Below are positions 50,670 through 61,500 of a DNA stretch of 64,000 nt, in pieces (the first letter of the stretch is position 1; each line of letters begins with the position of its first letter). A program made the position numbers and the translations under genes. The DNA is from Jimgerdemannia flammicorona. Its lineage: Eukaryota. Location: assembly GCA_003990765.1 (NCBI GenBank), contig RBNJ01000006.1:1-64000 (forward strand), written 5' to 3'. The notes under the pieces were generated by a model, which was not told the origin of the DNA, searched no databases, and saw nothing but the letters and a program-made list of their open reading frames with translations.

Positions 50670-53047
50670 CCACCAACATTGGAGAAGAACTGACACCTCA
50701 ATAACAGCAACAACTAGTAGAACTTCTCAACAAATATCAAGATATCTTCACCACTGATTATGGCAACCTGCTATACAACCCATCATATCACCACAGCATA
50801 AATACAGGAAGTGCAACACCCATCCAGCAGAAGCCCTTTAGAATACCTATCACTTGAAAACATTCAAAAAAGAGCACATTTAAGAACTCTTAGACAATAG
50901 AGTCATCCGACCCTCCACTAGCCCCTGGGCCAGCCCTATACTTATTGTACCAAAGAAAGGAGGATGGAGACTCTCCAGATACTTCAGCAGTATGGACCTC
51001 TTCACAGGATTCCATGAGATCCCCATGGACCCCAAGGACATTCAAAAGACAGCTTTCCTTGCTCTAGGAAAACTGTTTGAATACCTCCAAATGCCCTTTG
51101 GACTCTGCAATACACCCCCCATCTTTCAGAGGATGATAAATTCAGTCTATGTCTCCTTGATCCACTACTGCCTGATTATATATATGGACGATTCCAACAT
51201 CTATTCAGCGAATTTCAAAGAATACCTGCACCACCTAGAGGAATTCTTCAAGCTCACCCGCAAGAATCACTTGAGATTGAATACAAAGAAATGCTACTTT
51301 GGGAAACAGAAACTCGAATTCCTGGGATTCATGGTTTCAAAAGAAGGAACTTATGCAGACCCAAAGAAAACCAAGAAGATCAACAATTGGCCAGTACCCA
51401 AGACTCCAAAGGAAATACTATCATTTCTGATGCTAGTATCCTACTACAGAAGGTTCCTCAAGGACTTTGCCCAAATCACTGCCCTGATCTGAATCCTTCT
51501 CAAGAAAGGAATGCCATTTAAATGGACAGAATCACAGGAAAAAGCCTTCAGAGAACTCAAGAACCATATGACTACAGCACCAATCCTTGTACACCCCAAT
51601 CTACAGAAGCCATTCATCTTGTATATAAATGCTTCCAAAGATGGCCTAGGAGCAGTTCTAGCCCAAGAAGGACCTGACCAACAGCATCATGTGATAGCTT
51701 ATGCAAGCAGAGCTACCAATCAGCAGCAGGTGAACTATAGTAGCACCAAACTGGAATGTCTTGCAGTCATATGGGCAGTCATCCTGTTCAAGCATTACCT
51801 CATCAGAAAAAGGTTCACCCTGATCACAGACCATACAGCCCTCAAATAGCTATTCAATTGCAAGAAACCTGCTGGAATCCTAGTCTGCTAGATCCTTATC
51901 CTTCAGGATTACAAAATCACATTTATTCACAAAGCAGGAAAACCCACAACAATGTTGATGTACTTTCCCACCAGCCCCAATGAACCAGAAAAAGGGTGTC
52001 CTGAGGAACCACACCCTAAAAAAAGCTCAAGGAATAAGAAGATCTCATCTGACAAGAACATCAGAAAGCCCACTAAGGACAGACAAGCACAGAAGATAAG
52101 ATTCAAAAACAATATCAACATTGGCCCTACCTCAGAACCCAAGTATAAGATATCATTCAAAAATGTGATGTCTGCCAGAAGTACCAAGGAAAGAAGAACT
52201 ATCAAGTCTCTCTGCAACTGATTCCCCCATCTACTCACATCTTTCAAAGATGGGGAATAGATGTAATTGGACCTCTACCAGTTACACCAAGAAGAAACAA
52301 ATATATCCTTATATTTGTAGAACATTTGACCAAGTGGCCTGAGGCTTTCCCAATAGAAATCACAGATGCCTTAACCATTGTAGGCCTCCTCTATGGACTT
52401 ACACTCAGATATAGACCCCCAGAAGAACTCATTTCTGACAAAGGCATAGAATTCATCAATAACATAATCATAAGTTATGTCTGAATTCACAAGATCCACC
52501 TCAAAAGAATCACATCATACTACCCCCAGACCAATGGCATGACAGAGAGAATAAACCAGACCATCAAGAAAGGACTTGCCCAAGTCAATCCTACTAATTG
52601 GGACCTCTGCTTACCTGAGATCCTATGGGAAATTTGGAACACCCCTACCATCTCTACTAAACAAAAGCCATTCAAAATGATGTTTGCTAAGAGAACCAGA
52701 ACTGCTGACCATGAGAATCTTGAAGACCTCTTCAAAAAGACAGAACAGTTACATAATCAAGCCCAAGGACAGATTATCAAAGCCCAAGAAAGACAAAAGA
52801 AGTACTATAATCAAAAACAGAAGGATCAGAAGATCAAGATTGGAGATCAAGTACTAGTTTGGAGAAGTATGATTGAAACAAATTTTGCTGCCAAACTGAA
52901 ACCCAAATGGGAAGGACCTTATCTTGTATACAACATCAGAGGGACCAGCATCTATTTAAGAAGCATGAATGGATAAACCCTCAGAACACTAGTACACATC
53001 AATTGCCTCAAGATATATCTTTTCCCACATCATGAATCAGAGAGTTG
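50670..53047 (+). pseudogene. RT - RNase H - integrase of element C1
   Basis: [85 protein letters not shown]. The IDYRKLN segment is deleted near 50975 relative to C2. Confidence 0.93.
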
Positions 53048-53547
53048 ACAACTATCTTCAGACTCTTATCCTCAGCTCATTTCAATCACTACTGGTCCCC
53101 CTACCCTAATTCTGAGAAGTCAATGGGAATACTCTCCAAAAGATCCAGATTCATCAAGAGAATCTTGTCCTGGCCAGACAATTGCTACAGGTCCATCAAC
53201 TTCAGACCCACTATGCAATTGGGAAATAATTGCAGAACCTTCTAGTCTCAGAACAAACATATATCAGAAATACCACAGAACTATCAAGGAGAGATGTTAC
53301 TGCCACTAACAGACTCTACACCCTTTACAAGTGAAACTCTGCAGCTCTGATGCAAGCACAATTCTCCTGATATGATATACAAGGAATGAACCTAGCCACC
53401 TATCTGAGCATTATCAATGCTGTTGAAATCTTATTCCCTGAAAAAGAAGAAGAACCCTTAGAATGGAGTGATCATGGTATAGATGACAAAGATGATGGAA
53501 CAGGTATTGATGCAGAAGATGCTTACCCATACTAGAATGATGATTAA
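53032..53547 (+). pseudogene. ~170-codon accessory ORF between integrase and PPT (unknown function)
   Basis: ATG overlaps the integrase end in another frame; single frame with C>T-type stops; acidic C-terminal tail; protein conserved with 32520-33038. Confidence 0.75.
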
Positions 53548-54290
53548 AGGATAGTCTGAGGACAGACCATCCTTTAGTGGGGGCTGATGTGACAAACCAG
53601 GATGTACCACCTGAATTATACCTTAGCCAGATAACATGAACACACAACATAATAATCAGTAACCATTGCTGTGGAAACTGTATAAATAGCCAGACTACCA
53701 GATAAGGTATATCTGTGCAGGACCTGTACACCTGTGCTGGACCTATATACTTATACTCGACCTGTACAACTTGTTATAGATAGCAAATCTATAGTTAGCC
53801 ATATAGTAATCAGATAGCAACCAACTTGTATAAATTACCCCAGAGACAAGAGTGAATAAATCTCAGTTCAAAATACAAACCAAAGAAGTCTCTAAAGATT
53901 GAGCATTAGTCCCTTATTCCACTCCAGTCCACTTTCCGATACAAAGATTGATTGGTACACTTGCCAGACTAAGCCTGAAGATTTGCTGCCAAAAGTTCAA
54001 GGAAGAACTTCACTACTTTTTGAAGAATTCAAGTTTTTGCTGCCATTCTTACCACAAGCCAGTCTTTCTGATACAACTTCACAGTGGAGCCAGTCTATGA
54101 TATAACCCCATGCAAATGAAGCCAGTCTTTGATGTAACTTGCCAAGAATCCTAGTTAATTCCCAGTTGAAGCTGCCAATTCAGGAGAATCTACATCATCT
54201 GCCATTTCCAAGTTATCCACCATATTCCCAGTTGAAGCTGCCGATTCAGGAGAATCTGTGTCATCTGCCATTTCCAAGTTATCCACCATA

Positions 54291-54662
54291 GAGTACTCCC
54301 AAATGAGTCAAATCATTTCGAATCAAATTGAATTGAGGGTTAAATGAGTCAGGATTTTTCAATTCGAATCAATTCAAATCAAATCAAAAGTCAAATCAAA
54401 TTGAGGGTCTGATTCAAACCCTAATTTTCAAAATGCAATAACTCAGCGTAAACTCTTCCAAATCTAATGTACCTTAGCTTGTTAGAATCACATTAATGCA
54501 TTGAATCTAACAAGCTAAAATACGTTAAATTTAGATGAGTATTTGTCGAGTTATTACATTTTGAAAATTAAGGTTCAAATCGAACTTTGAATCAAATTGG
54601 ACCTTTGACTCGATTCAAATCGAATCAAATTGGACCCTTGATTCGATTCGTTGGGAGCACTA
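54291..54662. mobile_element. MITE copy 3 (hAT-like, foldback)
   Basis: TIRs GAGTACTCCCAA / TTGGGAGCACTA; 8-bp TSD CCACCATA / CCGCCATA; absent from the 5' LTR of the same element. Confidence 0.92.
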
Positions 54663-56371
54663 CCGCCATATTCCCAGTTGAAGCCGCCATTTTCAAGAAG
54701 TCCACCAATTCAGGAGAATTCACATCATCTGCCATTTTCAAGTTATCTATGTTCCCAGAAGAACCCATGCTGCCCGAGCTATTATTCCCAGAAGAATCCT
54801 ATTTACACCATCTGAGTAGTATTCCCAATTGAAGTTGAATCTACAACATCTGAGTTAGTTGTCCTCAGTGAGCCCGAGTTATTAAGTTATCTGCTACTAG
54901 TACAATTCTCAGTGAACCCACACCCAAATCAAGTTATCTGCCAAATTATCAGAATGATCCAAATAAGGAATCCACTCATGCTATACAAGATCATCATGCA
55001 GAAATTGCATAAGGAGAACTGCTAAATTGCCAGACTGTCATATACAGAAATTGTTGCACTATACAGAAATCACCTGCTACTCAAGAAGAAAACTACTCAT
55101 ACTACATACAAATTCAGCCATTCCCAGTTGACCTAAGAAGAAAACCTATTCACAAATTACTGCTATACCCAGAGAACCATCCCAATTAGGAAATCAACAC
55201 ACAAATCGCTTGCAGATATCCAGCTTTGACTATTATACCACTAAACACCAAGGACCTTAGGAATCTTAGAACATTTTGTTGCTTTTTGACAAAGTAACTG
55301 GGGGCTCAAGCCAAACTACATCAACCCCTAACCTTGTAATTTGCCTCCATTGAGCCAGACACATTACAATATATATACTATATACTTCTTATAAGTAATA
55401 TATGTTCAAACAATTCTCAAATATTTCAATATGAATAAATATAAGTCTGTCAGCACTCTTATAGATACTTTCATGAAGTTAAGAAAGCCTGATACTATTT
55501 CTGAAGATGACAATAATATATAAGCCAAAAATGATATCAAAGATATACTATATCAGTAACTAATTAGTTCTCTTATATATATATCTCATACTAGGAATAA
55601 GACCCAACATAATGTATACTATAAATAAGATAGCACAATATTCCTCCTACTATGATAATTTATATTAGAGTACCATTAAGAGAATATTTAGATATCTTAA
55701 GGATATGACATACTATATACTTATATTAAATAATAGTAATGGTGAGAGAAATAATAAGAAGAATGACATCTAACTATCTAGTATATATGATACAGATTGG
55801 GCAGGTGATCTCAATGACTACTAATCTATAACCAGATATCTATTTCATATTAGCAACCAAGAGTCTGTCATCTTATGATAAATATATATATAATTATCTA
55901 AAGAAATATTATTAATATAGACAAAATATCAGGCATTATCATTGGTAATAAAAGAAGCTATTTAGCTCTATTAAAAGAACTTGGATTCACTCAAAAACAG
56001 AGCACTATGCTATACCAAGATAATTAGTCTATAATTATACTTACTAAAAATCTGATATATTATAGTAGAATAAAATATATCAATATACAGCATTATTTCA
56101 TTTATAAATATATAGAAAACAGTGTTATATACTTGAAATATATCTCAATAGAGTACATAGTCACTGATTCACTTACAAAAGTCCTTCTAAAACTAAAGTT
56201 CAAGCTATGTATTAACAAAATGGATCTTATGAACAATATGCCAGTTTAGTAGTTAATTATGAGATACTTTTCAGGCCCTAAAAAGTCTCTCTTACTGTAT
56301 TTACATTATTTTTACATTATTTATATCCATATCTTACATTCTCATTACATCTCTTATCTATGAGTGGATTT

Positions 56372-56682
56372 TGTAGATATTTTAGATATTATAGAATACT
56401 TTTCAATCTGCAAAAATTCCTTAGATATAGGATTTTATAATAATACTTTGGATTATATATAGTTTTAGTTTTTGCATATATTATATTACTTTTTACTCTA
56501 GTTTGTATTCCCTTTTCTTTTTTTGGATTTATATATCTCATTGAGTAGGAGTGATGGAATATATAGTAACTCAATATATCAAAATATAACTTATACTATT
56601 TTATTAGATTTATGTCATTCATCAGTAATATGTGAAATATGTGACCTATGTAACTTCAATAAAGTATCTCTCTTTTATAACA
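56372..56682 (+). repeat. Probable 3' LTR of the Copia element
   Basis: TG...CA, follows RNase H and a TGAGTGGA PPT-like motif, AATAAA near its end; no partner LTR in the window to confirm. Confidence 0.5.
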
Positions 56683-57165
56683 TAATTGATTTGATAGTAC
56701 TAAGTTAAGAATAAAGTTACTTTACTATAAGACAGGACTAATATTACTATTAAGATAGATAAGTCTGTAAATAAGACTCAGATTGTAATTATATCTATAA
56801 TATAATTTAAGAAGATACTTAAGAAAGTAATATATATTTTTATTACTATTATCTAACTTAAGAAACAAAACAAGAAGCTATTAATCAATAAAAGTATCAA
56901 GTTGCTACTAGATAAATTTAAGAATATCTTTTCAGATAAGCTATCTGATCTACTACTTATATAAGAAGTAGATTATAAAATAGAATTGATCTCAGAAACT
57001 GAACCCTTCAAAAAATATTTATACTATATATTATCTCTCAAGATAGAAGCAGTCAAGAAAGAATTAGAAAACCTACTTGTCTGAGGAGTTATTCAACCCA
57101 TCAAGTTATCCTTTGGCTCACTATTTCTTTTTGTCAAAAAAAAAGAATAGAACTCTGAGAGATAT
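56683..57165 (+). mobile_element. Fragment of another Gypsy pol (linker to RT start)
   Basis: LLDKFKNIFSDKL..EVDYKIELI..VKKELENLLV*GVIQP..FGSLFLFVKKK; ends abruptly. Confidence 0.8.
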
Positions 57166-58249
57166 AGTAAGATAAAGAGTGTCAGGTCAAACTTGAAGTC
57201 AGCTATATCTCAGGAACAAATTTAGTAAAAGTAAATAAATGCCATTGAGATTTAAATTGTGGATGATAACAAAGAGCCCAATCTCAGCAAAGAGAATTTC
57301 AGCAGAAGAGGGAAAGTATTTCAGCAAAGAATATCTCGGGAGAAGAAACACGGCAAACGGAAATTTGGCAAGGGAAGGAAATCTCTGGAAACAGAAACTT
57401 GACGGGGGTGGGAAACATTGGCAAACGAAAATTTGACGGGAGAGGAAAATCTCACTGATGGAGACAAACGAAGAACTGGACAGAGCAATTTGCGTTTTGT
57501 ATGATGAGAGCGAAAGCAAAATCCTTCAAAACTATAGAATATTCTAGGTTTCAACCGGATGGCACACGACATAGAAAAGATCGTGAATAACCACCAAGAT
57601 TGTGTGCGCACACAGGTCACTCGTTTGGGTCGAACCACGACGTCATCACACGAGAGTCGGCACTTGATCGTGTGGCTTGGCACACGTGATCTTTTACCCT
57701 ACATGTAAGCCCATTATGAACGTTCTGACGCAGTCCCTTCTTTTCCTTTAAGCATTACGTAGCACTCGCTGGCAACATATATAAATATCCTCGAGGAAAG
57801 AATAAAGCTCAGATATATTATAACGCTAGTTCTGCGTCAAGAATCGTTTCTGTCACATCGCTTATTCTACACGTGTGCGCTCATTCCAACCTTTGACGCA
57901 TGTGGCGGAGCGAGGATAAACGCTTACAGAACTAGTATTATGGACTTTCAGCGAGTAGGAAGTGAATGCACTTGGCACGAGACGTCCTATCTTTCACCTT
58001 CCACCTGTTTAGTGTTCGTATGACAACCACTGCCGATTTCATAAACCATGACAGCCACGTGAGTCTCCGTTTTGTAACGTGGTAAATGACGCCACAAAGA
58101 CACGCGCAATAAACGTCACATAGATGAGTCACGAAATGACGTCACGAAACACGATTAAGACGTCACGCAATAAATCACTGTCAAAGAACGCGGGTTCATA
58201 TATAATTATTTTGTGATAATGGTACAACTAATACGACGCGTGTTCGAAC

Positions 58250-58560
58250 ATGTACAATAATAGATACCGAACTTCTGCCTTACATCACCTATAACTATTA
58301 TTTTTGTGGCAAACAATTCTCGAAATCGTGTACGCGTTTTGATGACGTTCTGTTAATCGTAATTGTATGTCAAATTTTGGAAACGTTCACTTTTCAGCAA
58401 GATCTTTACCACATTCAACTATTCTCATGCAATCATGGTAGTGGCAAACTTTCAATCCAAACCGTCTTATAAGTGTCTTGCACAGGTTTTCACCGCCGCA
58501 CTCTTTGAATTCAAGCTCCGAATTGCACGCCACTAAAGTGAGGTGCGCAACCATTTTGAC
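58250..58560 (-). pseudogene. Possible RecQ/SF2 helicase C-terminal domain relic
   Basis: NLCKTLIRRFGLKVCHYHDCM, a possible short GT..AG intron, then LFATKIIVIG / KAEVRYLLLY with a frameshift; loosely matches YHAGM..VATxAFGMGIDKPDVRFVIHY. Confidence 0.25.
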
Positions 58561-61500
58561 AGTCAGCCACACGCGTCTTTTTCGCTTTAATGGCGCGCCC
58601 CGCACGGGCCATTGTGGCTGGGCCGCAGCCTTGCGGAACCGACTTCACTCTAAACCGGTTTCGATACCCTTAGTGGGGCCCAGATCAGGGCTCTCCTAAA
58701 TAGAGCGGCGTAACGCTTTGGGATGTATATGCCTTCTGCGGACGGAGTGCTGATGTATGGGCTCACCGATTCGCCAAGATAGTGTTTCTCGGGAATCCGG
58801 GATCGCGGCATCTGGAACAGCGCATAATTCGCGCAGTTACTGGGACCGAGAGGCGCGAATCCAAACGGGCTGCATGTGTTCGTAACCGGGAACAGTTTCC
58901 GGCCTCGGAACGCACATTGGCCCATTACGGCATTCCCAGCCAATCCAGCCCAAATCCTACCCTTCCTTAGAGGTCATGAGTGTGAAACCAAGCTCCGCAT
59001 ACTGTCCACAAGACCTGGCATTGGAAGGCTCATGGACATTCCCTGGAGGTCACAAGCACGACACCGAGGGTGGCATTTTCAGAGCCTAACCGTCGAGAAC
59101 AGGTGCTCGGAAACACATGAGCGTGTGATCGCTTCCAAGCCCCGGATCTGCCCCTTTCTTTGAGGTCATACCAAGCAAGCTGCGCATCCCCGGAACCCCA
59201 TCCTCGAGGGCAGGTGCCCTTCTCGAAATGTACATGACATCATGGTGGCTTTCCCGGCTCCCAATTCAACCCTTCCATTGAAGTCATAGGCACGTACTCA
59301 ATGCCGCAGCTCTGCGTGACAAATAGCCCTCCGGTATTTTTGGGGAGCGCCGAGGAGCTCCGTATGCAAACCTGCCGGATCATCCGTCCATTTCTTTAAT
59401 CCGATTCGTTCGGTTGAAAATGGATTGGATTGCCTAACCGAAGTAAAGTTCGGTTCGTTTTGGAGGGGCAGCGGAAGCCCGGAACGGAGACCGTAAATAG
59501 GAACATTATATGCTTGTAAATCAAAATTTGGAAAGGAAACAGTAGAATTATACAATACTGTTGTCATTTGAAACAATCGTGTATTTTGTATGCCGGTTTC
59601 ATTTAAATCGTGTAGCACCTTGTTGTTCTTATGTCATGCCTCGGCGTTGTCTCAGGTTTCATGCCGACCCATTCCTGTGATTCCCGCCTAACGTAAAGAA
59701 TGCGCAGCAAAACGATGATGTGTGCACTATGGATCGGTGGGGATATTTGGTTGTAGTCGCCACGAGTTTCTGGGGGTTAATGTAGGCTCGAGGTGTGAAG
59801 AAAGTAAAGCAAATTTATTTAATTTTCGTCGAATCTTGCCTAGTATTCACATTTATTATAAGCGATTTGCAATTGCCGTGGTGATTTGTTATAGAAAATA
59901 GGACGCTTGGCACAATCCGAGTAAAAAACGGCAAAATGTGCCGACAAATAACAGCTGATGAAACCAATAGTTTTGGTGTTCGTTTACGTTTTATTTCTCA
60001 CGATCGACTGCCTCGGATGTGATATTACCGTTCCGCCGGGAAATGCAAGGAAACTGTTTCCCTCACAACAATATCCGTCGGCTTGGTCCCTCGGACCAAT
60101 TTGGTACCGAATTGATTAAATCGATTTGAAAAGGCCGTGGAATAATAACAAGCTTTGAAATACGCTCCTTCAACTTGAACAATGTTTATACCAAATAAAT
60201 GAAAATATTAAAATTCCTTCGTACAATACACGGTATACGTTTTCTATCATTCGCCTCGCGCGATGGTCACGCGCACCGCTGAAAAATATCCTAATATGTT
60301 ATTCGCAAGCGAAAGCTCATCTCGGTACCGCCCTTCCCTATCCTTGGAATATGTTTGATGCTAAAGTAATATTCCTGTAGCACTTCAAAACTGTTGCTAA
60401 TGACTCCGCAATCACCCGAGATTTTGGAGATGGAAGAAATTTTCAAACGTATAAAATGACGGACAATTAGGTGTCTTCCTCGGAAGAACTTGTACCGTAT
60501 AAAATGGCGGGCAATTAGGTGTTTCCCTCTTGCTTCATCATCTCTCGCTCCAACATGCATCACGTCACTAAAGCGCAGAGATTTATCTTGTAGGCTCTTC
60601 GGAAGCAAATTCTAGTCACAATCTGCCGGCAATCCCTGTTCAAGTTTCGAAATAGATGTAATTATCTGACTTGAGTGATCCCCATTTCGCCATCAGACCG
60701 TCAATTGAACAAGCCTCAACGTGGACCACAGGAGACGTCTCAACACTTGACCATCTAGTCACTCTCAGCCACGCCGCGAGTATCAAGGTCATTTGGGCTT
60801 TAAAGGTACCCGCGAAGAATTGGACGCATAATGTAGATAGTTGTCAGCAGTGAACTCCATTCGCAAATCCAATTTTGACGAGATTGAATCTATTGGGAGG
60901 TAAGTTGGGAATATCGATAAATAACCTGATGCCATTTTGTACTATTGTTGATAGAGCTGCGTAGTATTTCCTTTTCCAAGATGCTCATAGAAATAAAATT
61001 TCCTTCGCCGTTGAATTTTAAATTTTCCACTAGAACAGATTTCCTCTCGTAGCCGTCGGAACGTTTACAGCGTTCGTTCGTGAGGACACTACTCACGACC
61101 AGTACTCATTCAAAAATACTTTAGCCGTCATTCATGTGGCTGTGGCCGAATTGATTGCTCCTACTGAGGATTTTTGTCTCCTGCCTCCCCGTAATAAAAT
61201 GAGGATTTAAAATCGACGTAACTGCATTGTGAACCCTATTTGATGATTCTACAAAATATATTATCTGTTAAAAATTTGATTATTCAATCATTGAGAAAAC
61301 CACCCCTTTGAAGCCAATGCAGTCGAATCCCTCTCTTTCACCCAATTCGTATGCTCATTCAAACCGACTTTCCGAGAATGTGTCCTCATGGAGTTGTGAT
61401 GCAAATATATTTTTCTCATAAAGATCGGGTCGGGTCGGGTTGAGACACTCTAATTTTGTGTTAAAATCTGATCACAGGACACTAAAAACGAGTTTCGCCC

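Larger units (their letters stand above)
44779..55368 (+). mobile_element. Ty3/Gypsy element family C, copy 1 (structurally complete, inactivated)
   Basis: LTRs 44779-46117 and 53588-55368, 4-bp TSD ATAT, PBS at 46120, PPT-like AGTGGGGGCTGA before 53588, gag-PR-dUTPase-RT-RNaseH-IN order, no chromodomain. Confidence 0.95.
41216..56682 (+). mobile_element. Second copy of the Copia family (integrase core to 3' LTR), split by solo LTR A and element C1
   Basis: QQNGITEHFNH, YWTKAIN, KFKPKASKYIFL, IIGSKWIY, IDYNKTFS|FELTLLK, IWIDD (~44636), DTDWAGDLND (~55790), TDSLTK (~56163); homologous to 1300-2480 and 15852-17040. Confidence 0.85.

Noticed and set aside
53032-53547. env gene call for the third ORF
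   Set aside because: Too short; no signal peptide, furin site or transmembrane segment visible.
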